DNA of 32,000 nt from Corynebacterium amycolatum (GCF_049243625.1 NZ_CP046975.1), one strand, 5' to 3'. Positions 1 to 8,835 are shown, counted from the first letter of the stretch. Notes: generated by a model from the letters alone, not told the origin. Numbers and translations: made by a program.

Positions 1-39
1 GCGTCGAATCGAAAAACGTGCTACCGACTTGTCACGGAC

Positions 40-85
40 CTAGATGTTGAACTTAAACTCGACGGTATGTAGTTGCAAAGTTACT
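40..85 (-). repeat. att-like copy A of the ychF 3' terminus (degenerate; minus strand reads ...HTVEFKFNI-stop)
   Basis: 46-63 gttgaacttAaactcgac matches ychF 16410-16427 at 17/18. The flanking arm 64-85 ggtatgtagttgcaaagttact matches 13209-13230 at 21/22. In-frame TAG at 40-42 (minus). Confidence 0.75.
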
Positions 86-139
86 TTCTCGTTAGCCTGC
101 AACAATCAGAAAACAGTAATTACGTCAGTACACAGAGAA

Positions 140-289
140 CATATGGGCGCGTGGAAACACGTAAAGGTTTTGCGGGATGGCGTGGACGTCAACGTGAAGA
201 TTCTGGAGAACCTCGCCGCCCACGTCGCTCCCGCGTTGGGTTGGCAGCCGAATCACGAAGGCCCAGTTACCGGCTATCCCATCGAATAA
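140..289 (+). pseudogene. C-terminal remnant of a luciferase-like (LLM class) flavin monooxygenase
   Basis: The frame of ORF 44..289 ends ...GVDVNVKILENLAAHVAPALGWQPN.... This resembles the ...VAPALGW C-terminus I recall for the LLM family whose N-terminus is MKAxGFLSFGHY. No N-terminal part is present and the fragment directly follows att copy A. Confidence 0.35.
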
Positions 290-323
290 TTCCTGCAGGC
301 CGCAAGCTCTTCGCTTCAATGTC

Positions 324-372
324 AGTTCAGCGCGTGTTGAATAGTTCAGTAATTGCTGTATAGTTCACCCCA
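324..372 (+). promoter_or_regulatory. Candidate leaderless cmtR promoter/operator
   Basis: TTGAAT 337-342, 16-nt spacer, TATAGT 359-364, with the cmtR ATG at 372 (7 nt after the -10). AGTTCA hexamers at 324-329, 343-348 and 362-367 sit at exact 19-bp phasing. TGAATAGTTCA dyad at 338-348. Confidence 0.4.
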
Positions 373-731
373 TGCTGACTATTGCTTCACGCCTCGACGT
401 CATGAACCGGCTCGGCCGGGCCATGGCGGATCCGACGCGCTCCAGAATCCTGCTGACCCTACTCGACGGCCCGAGCTACCCAGCCGTGCTTTCGCGCGAC
501 CTGGACCTGACCCGCTCGAACGTCTCGAACCACCTGACCTGCTTGCGTGACTGCGGCATCGTCGTCGCCGAGCCGGAGGGCCGCAAGACACGCTACGAAA
601 TCGCCGATCCGCACCTCGCGACAGCGCTCAACGCGCTAGTGAACGCGACGTTGGCTGTCGACGAAAACGCCCCGTGCATCGACCCGGAGTGCTCGGTGCC
701 TGGCTGCGACGGAAAAGGAGCGGACGCATGA
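372..731 (+). CDS. cmtR: ArsR/SmtB-family metalloregulator, CmtR type (Cd/Pb sensor)
   Basis: 119 aa. The N-terminus MLT...LGRAMADPTRSRIL and the HTH ...LTRSNVSNHLTCLRDCG resemble M. tuberculosis CmtR. Cys occurs at positions 57, 61 and 102, the same three positions as the CmtR metal ligands. Confidence 0.85.
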   Translation: MLTIASRLDVMNRLGRAMADPTRSRILLTLLDGPSYPAVLSRDLDLTRSNVSNHLTCLRDCGIVVAEPEGRKTRYEIADPHLATALNALVNATLAVDENAPCIDPECSVPGCDGKGADA

Positions 732-2620
732 GTTCAGCATGTGGATGTGAACACGAACCAGCCACGGAGATCGAAGATCTCGATCGGCCATGGTGGAAGG
801 ACCCCGAGTTGCTACTGCCAATCTTCTCCGGCGTAGCCCTCTGCATAGGTCTGGCGCTGGGCTGGTCCGGGCTAGAGACACCCGCGACAGTACTGTTCTG
901 GGTCGGCCTGCTGCTAGGGGCGTATACGTTCGCGCCCGGCGCTATCCGGAACCTTGCCACGAAGCGCAAGCTCGGCATTGGTTTGCTGATGACGATTAGC
1001 GCGGTCGGCGCGGTAATCCTCGGTTACGTCGGAGAGGCCGCGGCGCTAGCGTTCCTGTACTCGATCGCCGAGGCACTGGAAGACAAGGCGATGGACCGGG
1101 CCCAGGGCGGACTGCGGGCACTGTTGAAGCTGGTACCGCAAACCGCGACCGTGCTGCGCGACGGTACGACGGCCGAGGTCGCTGCGAAGGACCTTGAGGT
1201 TGGCGAGCTAATGGTCGTACGCCCCGGGGAGCGGATCGCCACGGACGGCATCATTCGGTCCGGACGCTCCAGCCTTGACACCTCAGCGATCACCGGAGAA
1301 TCCATTCCGGAGGAGGTTGCGCCCGGCGACGAGGTACCCGCGGGAGCGATCAACTCCACCGGTGTGCTGGAGGTCGAGACGACCGCAGCTGGAACGGACA
1401 ACTCGCTGACCACACTCGTCGACCTCGTCGAGCAGGCGCAGGCGGAGAAGGGTGACCGCGCCCGGATCGCCGACCGAATTGCCCAACCCCTAGTGCCCGG
1501 GGTGATGATCCTGGCGGTGCTGGTCGGCGTGATCGGCTCGCTGCTGGGCGACCCCGAGACGTGGATCACCCGTGCGCTGGTGGTCCTGGTCGCAGCGTCG
1601 CCGTGCGCGCTGGCAATCTCCGTGCCGCTGACGGTCGTGGCCGCGATCGGCGCGGCCAGCCAGTTCGGAGTAGTCATCAAGTCCGGCGCAGCGTTCGAGC
1701 GACTCGGCAGCATCCGTCACCTAGCGGTGGACAAGACCGGAACCCTTACCCGCAACCAGCCCGAGGTTACCGGAGTGGTCCCGGCAGAAGGATTCGATCG
1801 GGCGCAGGTGCTTTCCTTCGCGGCGGCGGTTGAGCAGCAATCGACGCACCCCCTCGCCGCGGCGATTGTGGCAGCGGAGCCCGAAGCGCCCACCGCCTTG
1901 GATATCAGCGAGGAAGCCGGTCATGGCATCGGCGGCACCGTCGAAGGCCGACGGGTGCTGGTGGGCAGCCCCCGATGGATCGACGCCGGGCCACTGAAGG
2001 CGGACGTTGAGCGCATGGAGTCCGAAGGCCAGACCTGCGTACTAGTCACCGTCGATGACGCTATCGCCGGGGCAATCGGGGTGCGCGACGAGTTGCGGCC
2101 CGAGGTGCCCGATGCCGTGCAGTCCCTGCACGACAACGCCGTGGAAGTGAGCATGCTCACCGGCGATAACACTCGCACCGCCCGGGCGCTGGCTGAAATC
2201 GCCGGAATCGACGACGTGCGCGCCGAGCTGCGACCGGAGGACAAGGCAAGCATCGTCGCCGAACTCTCCTCCAAGACGCCGACGGCGATGATCGGCGACG
2301 GCATCAACGACGCGCCGGCACTGGCGGGCGCAACGGTGGGCATTGCGATGGGAGCAACCGGCTCTGACGCCGCGATCGAGTCCGCTGATGTCGCCTTCAC
2401 TGGCCACGACCTCCGACTGATCCCGCAGGCGCTGCAGCACGCCCGCCGAGGCAGCAGGATCATCAACCAAAACATCGTGCTGTCTCTGGCCATCATCATC
2501 GTGTTGATGCCACTGGCGATCAGCGGTGTGCTGGGCCTGGCCGCCGTCGTGTTGGTACACGAAGTCGCCGAAGTCATCGTGATCTTGAACGGCCTGCGGG
2601 CTGCACGAGCGAAACGCTGA
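728..2620 (+). CDS. Heavy-metal P1B-type ATPase (Cd/Co/Zn class, SPC motif, no HMA domain)
   Basis: The ATG at 728 overlaps the cmtR stop (ATGA). Motifs seen: TGES, DKTGTLT, GDGINDAPAL, transmembrane SPC (VAASPCAL) and HEVAEV in the last TM helix. Short N-terminus MSSACGCEHE. I preferred this start over the upstream ORF-track start at 674. Confidence 0.9.
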   Translation: MSSACGCEHEPATEIEDLDRPWWKDPELLLPIFSGVALCIGLALGWSGLETPATVLFWVGLLLGAYTFAPGAIRNLATKRKLGIGLLMTISAVGAVILGYVGEAAALAFLYSIAEALEDKAMDRAQGGLRALLKLVPQTATVLRDGTTAEVAAKDLEVGELMVVRPGERIATDGIIRSGRSSLDTSAITGESIPEEVAPGDEVPAGAINSTGVLEVETTAAGTDNSLTTLVDLVEQAQAEKGDRARIADRIAQPLVPGVMILAVLVGVIGSLLGDPETWITRALVVLVAASPCALAISVPLTVVAAIGAASQFGVVIKSGAAFERLGSIRHLAVDKTGTLTRNQPEVTGVVPAEGFDRAQVLSFAAAVEQQSTHPLAAAIVAAEPEAPTALDISEEAGHGIGGTVEGRRVLVGSPRWIDAGPLKADVERMESEGQTCVLVTVDDAIAGAIGVRDELRPEVPDAVQSLHDNAVEVSMLTGDNTRTARALAEIAGIDDVRAELRPEDKASIVAELSSKTPTAMIGDGINDAPALAGATVGIAMGATGSDAAIESADVAFTGHDLRLIPQALQHARRGSRIINQNIVLSLAIIIVLMPLAISGVLGLAAVVLVHEVAEVIVILNGLRAARAKR

Positions 2621-2698
2621 GACATACCTTCGCCCAGCGCGCTGACTCTCCAGTGCGGATCTTGGAAGGATCGAGCTGCTCAGGGACCAAGCGTCGCC

Positions 2699-3061
2699 TC
2701 AAAACTTTTGATGCCGAGCTTCATCGACACGACCCGCGACTACCTGGGCAGTGTATTTGGCAAAGGGCCCGACACCCATCAGGGTTGCCGAGCCGTCGCC
2801 GGTCCAGTTGCCGTAACCAACTAGATGGAGATTCTTCACCGCGGTTTCGCGGCCGCGCATGAGATGGCGGAATGGGCCGAGGGCCGGACGGAAACCAGTG
2901 CACCAGATCAGATGGTCGTGGTCGAGCTCGCTCAAACTATCGAAGATGGGGGCAGCGGTGAGCTGGCCGGAATCGCGGAGCTCACGTAGATGAGGAAGCG
3001 CGAGAATGTCCCCGAGGTTCGGGCCGGAATCGCCACCGAGAATCCGGCGGCGGCTGCCCGC
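2699..3061 (-). pseudogene. C-terminal fragment of an FAD/NAD(P)-dependent oxidoreductase (ArsO-like flavoprotein)
   Basis: Contains ...HLIWCTGFRPALGPF...VGYGNWTG.... The frame stays open upstream as far as att copy B with no start codon. About 120 codons remain of an expected ~350. Confidence 0.55.
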
Positions 3062-3062
3062 G

Positions 3063-3099
3063 TTAAACGTTGAACTTGAACTCCACGACGTGTCGTTGC
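3063..3099 (-). repeat. att-like copy B of the ychF 3' terminus (minus strand reads [10 protein letters not shown]-stop)
   Basis: 3067-3083 acgttgaacttgaactc is identical to 16408-16424. TAA at 3063-3065 (minus). The arm ...cgtgtcgttgc resembles the A and C arms (tgtcgttgc). Confidence 0.75.
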
Positions 3100-3530
3100 T
3101 AAATACCCTTTACCCTATGGACATACAGTAGAAGCTGCTAGAGATTGAGTAGATACAAGAAGTAAAAAGCGATAGCTAGGATCGCAGTACAACCTTCGAG
3201 ACCGCGACGACGGCTGCTACCGTAGGCCTCGTTGCCTAACTGACACCAACGCCGTGTCCACTACTCGGGGGACACCCCAACATTAATGCTGCCCTGCCGG
3301 CAGACCAGGGCGGCCGTGTGAGTATCGGACAATAATGCGTAGTCCTCCAAGGGTCTGGACACAGGGGCTTTCCCCTTTCCTCAGTGGTGCGACCAGAAGG
3401 AGTAGAAACATCCACCCCGGTGCACCTGCTGCGGTGACAACGACCCATCGCCCGCAGCAGGTGGCAATCGTCACGGTTATCCCTCTTTTTCAGATTCCTG
3501 TCCTCGGGATCAGAAAAAGACGGGGACCTG

Positions 3531-4219
3531 TCATAGGTCAGTGAGCATTTGCTGCATCTGGGCGATCTCGGCCTCCTGGTCGTTGATAATTTGTTCGGCC
3601 AGGGTGATTGCATGGGAATTCTGGCCGTCAGCAACCTCGTCACGGGCCATGTCGACCGCACCTTCGTGGTGGGCGGTCATCTGCTCCAGGTAAAGGCGGG
3701 CGGCGCCGGTGCCCTGGGCTTCCTCAAGGGCTGTCATGTCCTCCTGGCTCATCATCCCGCTCATGCCACCCATCTAGCCGTGATCCATTCCACCTATCTC
3801 ATCCATGGTCCCCATGCCCCCCCAGAGTCGGTGACCGGCTGCTGTCCCCAGGCCTCGAGCATGGCGTTCATCCGGTCAATCTCCGGTCCCTGGGCGTCAA
3901 TAACCCCCTGGGCAAACTCCACGACCTGGGCGGGGATGCCCTCCTTGGCCAGGAGCATCTCACCCATTTCCACGGCCTGCTTGTGACGGGGGATCATCAT
4001 CTGGGCAAACATGATGTCCGCGTCGTTGTGATCGGCGGAAATCTCCCCGTCCTCCTCAGTCGCCGCCCTGGTGGTCTCGGTCGTCTCAGCGGTAGTCGTC
4101 GCAGTGCTGGTGGCCGAGGTGGTGGCGTCGGTGTTGCCTGAGTCGGTGGCCTCACCGCAGGCGGCCAGCGCCAGGGTGGAGGCTACGGCGAGAGCGGAAA
4201 GAACAAGGGTGCGCTTTAT
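3531..4219 (-). pseudogene. DUF305 family (copper-associated) lipoprotein, disrupted
   Basis: Two ORFs (3794..4012 and 3531..3773) together give DUF305 motifs (MIPxHKQAVEM; HHEGAVDMA). The frame changes at the C7 run 3817-3823, and one extra base would restore it. In-frame TAG at 3774-3776. The lipoprotein signal IKRTLVLSALAVASTLALAAC begins at ATA (4217-4219), with a stop 5 codons upstream. Confidence 0.8.
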
Positions 4220-4297
4220 GGTGAAGCCCGTTCAGGGTCAGTGGAGAGAAGTGATGGATCAGTGGACGGCGGTGGATTTCGGAGTAGGCGTGGTGTG

Positions 4298-6494
4298 TTA
4301 CTCCTTCGGACTGGTGGGAGCCAGGTGGGCCGGGTCCAGATCAATCCGGCGCAACAGCTGGGCGTTCAGGGCCACCACTATGGTCGAGGCAGACATCAAG
4401 ATCGCGCCCACGGCCGGGGACAGCACGAACCCGATCGAGGCGAGCACTCCGGCGGCCAGCGGCACGGCGAGGATGTTGTAGCCAGAGGCCCAGACCAGGT
4501 TCTGGATCATCTTGCGGTAGCTGGCCTGGGACAGCTCAATCATCGACAGCACTGCCCGCGGGTCATCACTGGCTAGGACCACCCCGGCAGATTCCATGGC
4601 CACATCCGTGCCGGCACCGATGGCGATACCGACCTCCGCGCGGGTCAGAGCGGGGGCGTCATTGACACCGTCACCGACCATGGCCACGCTCAAACCCCGG
4701 TCCTGCAGCTGCATGACCTTGGTGTCTTTGTCCTGGGGCAGGACCTCGGCGAAGACCTCATCGATCCCCAGGTCCTGGCCAACCGCCTGAGCCACCTGCT
4801 GCGCGTCACCGGTGATCATCGCGACCTTCACCCCGCGGTCCTGCAGGGCTTTCACGGCAGCTCGGGATTCGGGGCGGATCTTGTCCTCGACGGCCACCGC
4901 ACCGATAATCTGACCGTCACGGACAATATGGAGCACACCGGCCCCACGCCCGGTCCAGGCGCTGGTGGTGTCGGTGAGCTCGGCCGGGGTGGTGAGGTTG
5001 AACTCGCGCAGCATGTTCGGCCCGCCCACGAGGATCTCAGCGCCATCGACAGTGGCCCGGACCCCCCCGGCCGGAGGCGGCGCTGAAACCAGTTGCACGC
5101 ATTTGCCGACGGGAGGCCTCGGGATGGGCGGCCGCGGCCGCCACGATGGCGCGGGCCACGGGGTGCTCGCTGTCGGCCTCCGCGGCGGAAGCCAGGGCCA
5201 GCAGCTCGCCCTCGGTGACGCCGACAGCTGCTGCGACACCGGTGACCGCGTGCGCACCCTCGGTCAGGGTGCCGGTTTTGTCGAAGAGCACCACGTCGAT
5301 GGTGCGCATCCGCTCGAGCGCCATCCGGTCCTTGATGAGCACCCCGGATTTCGCGGCCCGCTCGCTGGAGATCGCAATGACCAGCGGAATCGCCAGGCCC
5401 AGGGCGTGCGGGCAGGCGATGACCAGCACCGTGACCGTGCGCACCACGGCATCGTCCGGGCTGCCGATGATGGTCCACACCACCGCGGTGATCAGAGCGG
5501 AGATCAGCGCGAACCAGAACAACAACGCTGCCGCCCTATCCGCCAGGGCCTGGGCCCGGGAGGAGGACTCTTGGGCGTCGGCAACCATGCGTTGGATCCC
5601 GGCCAGGGCGGTGTCCCCGCCGGTAGCCTCCACCCGGATGCGGACGGTGTTGTCGGTAGCCACGGTACCGGCGACCACCTTGTCACCGGTGTCGCGGAAG
5701 ACGGGACGGGATTCGCCGGTGATCATCGCCTCATCGAATTCGGCGGCTCCGTCGATGATGGTTCCGTCGGCCGGCACCCGGGCACCGGCCCTCACCAGCA
5801 CGACGTCGTCGACGACCAGCTCGGAGATGGCCACGGTGCGGGTGGTCCCGTCGATGACTTTCTCGGCCTCATCCGGCAGCAGGGCAGCCAGCGCGTCAAG
5901 CGCGGAGGACGCAGCCCCGAGAGCACGCATCTCCAGCCAGTGGCCCAGCAGCATGATGGTCACCAGCAGGGCCAGCTCCCACCAGAAGTCCAGGTCAAAA
6001 CCGCCCAGCCCCAGAGTGGTGACCCAGGAGGCGACAAACGCCACGGTGATGGCCATGGCGATCAGGAGCATCATCCCGGGTTGGCGGGATTTCAGTTCGT
6101 TCCATCCGCCCTTGAGGAAAGGCGTTCCGCCGTAGACGAAGATGATCGTGCCCAGCACCGGGGGGATCCAGGTGGATCCGGGGAATGCCGGGAGGTGGTA
6201 GCCGAGCAGCTGGGCGACCATGGGGCTGAAAATAACGACGGGAATGGACAGAATCAGCGACCACCAGAAGCGGTCCCGAAACATTGCGGTGCTGTGTCCG
6301 GCGTGTTCGCCGTGACCATGAACGTGGTGGTCTTCGTCCATGGCGGAGTGCGGGTGATCGTGGGGCATCGCCTGGCCGTGGGTGTCGGCGTCTGCGTGGT
6401 GTTCGTGGCTGGCATGATCCGGGTGGTGGGTGTGGTCTGTTTCCGGAGCGGGGTGATCACCATGGTGATCGCCGGAATGGTGGAGAGTGCTCAT
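4298..6494 (-). pseudogene. copB: Copper P1B-3-type ATPase (CopB-like: His-rich N-terminus, CPH motif), frameshifted
   Basis: ORF 5037..6494 carries a His-rich N-terminus, TGES, CPH (VIACPHAL) and DKTGTLT. ORF 4298..5257 carries GDGVNDAPAL and the C-terminal TM helices. The frames join if the C7 run 5061-5067 is read as C6, giving ...SGRGVRATVDGAEILVGGPNML. Confidence 0.85.
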
Positions 6495-6546
6495 GACGTT
6501 CCTTTCCGCTCAACCCGGTCGGGGTCGAGATGATGGGTAAAACCGA

Positions 6547-6873
6547 TCAGGATAAGACGGTGTAGCCGGCCTCTTCGATGGCCCGGCGAACCATCTCCGG
6601 AGGTACGACACCGGTGACCGTGACGGTGGAAACACCACCAGCAGCGAGATCAATCTGGACGTCGTCGACCTGGGGGAGGCCCTGAAGGGCCTGGGTCACG
6701 CTTTTCGCGCAATGCCCGCAGGTCAGGCCGGTGATCTGGTAGCTAAGGGAGGACCCTCCTGCTGACGAGTCGCTGGCGGCAGGGACGGAGGCGGTGTCGG
6801 CACGTGAGGCAGGTCCGCAACAGTTGCAGCCGTGGGAGGCCATCGGCAAGAGGCGGGGCGGGAAGGTGATCAT
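6547..6873 (-). CDS. Heavy-metal-associated (HMA) domain protein, CopZ-like, with an extra Cys-rich N-terminus
   Basis: GLTCGHCAKSV metal-binding motif and a ferredoxin-like HMA fold pattern. N-terminal HGCNCCGP. The start at 6873 is preceded by GAAGGAG. Confidence 0.8.
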   Translation of the reverse strand: MITFPPRLLPMASHGCNCCGPASRADTASVPAASDSSAGGSSLSYQITGLTCGHCAKSVTQALQGLPQVDDVQIDLAAGGVSTVTVTGVVPPEMVRRAIEEAGYTVLS

Positions 6874-6922
6874 GGGAAGGCTCCTTCGGTTCGGTGGGGT
6901 GTGGCAATTCCGCTCTCTAGCG

Positions 6923-6941
6923 TATACCCCCGGGGGGTATA
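6923..6941. promoter_or_regulatory. CsoR-type operator-like GC palindrome in the copZ-like/copB promoter
   Basis: tataccccc-g-gggggtata, with 9-bp perfect arms. On the minus strand it fills the spacer between TTGAAA and TACGCT, 50 bp upstream of the copZ-like ATG. Confidence 0.55.
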
Positions 6942-6987
6942 TTTTCAAGGAGTGGAGGGCACGGCCCTCACGCGGGGCAGGGTGTGG

Positions 6988-8116
6988 TCACCGAGCAGCC
7001 CCCTCACTGTCGGGAGGGGACATCGGGAGGCGGAGGGCAAACACCGCTCCGCGACCGGGTCCGGGGGAGGTGGCGGTGAGAGTGCCGCCGTGGGCCTCGA
7101 TCAATGCCTTGGAGATGGTCAGACCGATACCGGACCCGCCGTTGTCCCGGCTGCGGGCGGCATCCCCCCGGTAGAAGCGTTCGAAGATGTGTCCGAGCTG
7201 GCCAGGTGGGATGCCCTCGCCATCATCGGCGACGTGGATGAGCGCGGTGGACGCCCCCTGGCGGTGGACGCTGATCCGGACCTGCCCGCCGGCCGGGGTG
7301 TGCCGTAGCGCGTTCGACAGGAGGTTGCTCATCACCTGGCCGAAGCGTTGCCGGTCCACGAGCACCCGGGCGGTGTCCGTAATGGTCTCGACCTGTAAAT
7401 CGACGCCTTTGTCAGCATAAGCTTCCCCCGCGGCAGCAGCGGCGGTATGGAGCAGATCCCCGAGCCCTTCCTCCGCCAGGTCCAAATCGATCCGGTGTTC
7501 CTGGGCCCGGGAGACATCGTCAATGTCCTCCATCAACCGGGTCAGGCGGGTGAGTTGGTCAGCCATGATTGTGTGGGCGGCATTATTCCAGTCCACGACC
7601 CCGTCCTGGAGACCATCGAGGTAGGCCGTGAGCACCGATAAGGGGGTGCCCATTTCGTGGGCCAGGTCAGAGAGCATCTGGCGGCGGACCTGTTCGGTGT
7701 GTTCCAGTCGGTCGGCCATGGTGTTGAAGGCATGCGCCAGGGTGGTGACCTCGGGGCCTGCTTCTCCGGCGGGCACGCGGATACGGGAGTTACCGGCCGC
7801 CAGGCTGGTAGCGGCGCGGGTGAGATCCTGCAGGGGGGGTGCGCAGGCGACGCGATAACCACAGACTGGCCAGTAGGGCGCTGATCAAGGCAGTGGGCAG
7901 GGCGACGGCCAGGGTGATCAGGTTGGCGTCCCGGTAGGCCTGCTCGGCATGGAACAGCTCCAGCGAGGGGTCCTCCCGGCCGGCCATCAACATATGATCA
8001 TGGAACAGGGTCGGCCCCACCGTCGTGGCCACGGCCGCGGCCACCATCAGGCTAATCACCACGACCAACACCTGGGCGGCCAGGAAGCGGAAGGTCAAGC
8101 CGGGTCCGTGATTCAT
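6988..8116 (-). pseudogene. copS: Sensor histidine kinase CopS-like, frameshifted
   Basis: ORF 7790..8116 gives the TM sensor part. ORF 6988..7776 gives HAMP, the H-box SDLAHEMGTPLS, the N box LLSNALRHT and the G boxes DDGEGI and GGSGIGL. The frames join if the G7 run 7833-7839 is read as G6, giving ...RRLRTPLQDLTRAATSLAAGNSRIRVPAGEAG. The start overlaps the copR stop (ATGA). Confidence 0.85.
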
Positions 8117-8835
8117 GGCTGCCCCACCCGGTAGCCCACGCCACGCACGGTGTCGATAAACCCCCGGCCTCGGGTGTCGGTGCCGAGCTTGCGACGCAAG
8201 TTGCCTATGTGGACATCGACGATGCGTTCATCACCGACCCAGGTAGTGTCCCAGACCTCGGTGACCAGGTCGTGGCGGGTCAGCGCCTGGCCGGGGCGCA
8301 GGGCCAGGGCAACCAGCAGCTCGAACTCCGTGCGGGTGAGCTCCACAGTCGTCTCCCCCACCCGCACCTGATGGGCGACGGGGTCAAGGATGAGGTCACC
8401 AACGATCAAGGGGGTGGTCACCTGCGGTGGGGTGGTGCTGGTGCGCGGACGGCGCAGCACTGCATGCACCCGGGTCACCAGTTCCCGGATGCTAAAAGGT
8501 TTGGTGATGTAGTCATCCGCCCCCAGGGTCAAACCGCTGATCTTGTCGTCCTCGCTGCCACGCGCGGTGAGCATGAGGATGTAGCAGTCCGAGAAGGTGC
8601 GGATCCGTCGGCACACCTCCAGGCCGTCGAGTTCGGGCAGCCCCAGATCCAGCACCACAACATCGGGGGAAAAGCGACGGGTCTCGTCCACGGCCTGGGT
8701 GCCGGTGTGCGCCTGACGGGTATCGAAGCCTGCCCGGATGAGGTAGGAGGCCACCATCTGAGCCAGGGGTTGTTCATCATCGACGACCAGCACCCGCCCC
8801 GGGGGCGTGGCGGTGGTCGGTGTGTGGTCAGCCAT
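8113..8835 (-). CDS. copR: OmpR-family response regulator CopR-like
   Basis: 240 aa with a receiver domain (VLVVDDE...D...TAR...K) and a winged-helix C-terminus (...VRGVGYR). Synteny and an upstream CopR box support the call. Confidence 0.88.
   Translation of the reverse strand: MADHTPTTATPPGRVLVVDDEQPLAQMVASYLIRAGFDTRQAHTGTQAVDETRRFSPDVVVLDLGLPELDGLEVCRRIRTFSDCYILMLTARGSEDDKISGLTLGADDYITKPFSIRELVTRVHAVLRRPRTSTTPPQVTTPLIVGDLILDPVAHQVRVGETTVELTRTEFELLVALALRPGQALTRHDLVTEVWDTTWVGDERIVDVHIGNLRRKLGTDTRGRGFIDTVRGVGYRVGQP

Larger units (their letters stand above)
86..3062. mobile_element. Module 1: integrase-less Cd/Pb-type resistance module between att copies A and B
   Basis: Bounded by ychF-terminus repeats. 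Cargo is cmtR plus an ATPase, flanked by two gene fragments. GC looks higher than the core by eye. Confidence 0.55.

Noticed and set aside
674-727. Upstream ORF-track start (674) for the ATPase, and 17594 for ychF
   Set aside because: The extra residues overlap the preceding gene or lack homology-like sequence. Starts at 728 (ATGA coupling) and at 17492/17483 ([16 protein letters not shown] context) fit the protein families.
3420-3465. Perfect 12-bp inverted repeat considered as the DUF305 operon terminator
   Set aside because: There is no U tract on either strand and it lies ~70 bp from the stop. I kept it only as an unexplained structure within finding 3100-3530.
4965-6533. 522-aa plus-strand ORF (also 5146..6135) antisense to copB
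   Set aside because: Gly/Arg/His/Asp-rich low-complexity translation with no motifs. It is a typical open antisense frame in high-GC DNA, and the minus strand encodes clear P-type ATPase motifs.
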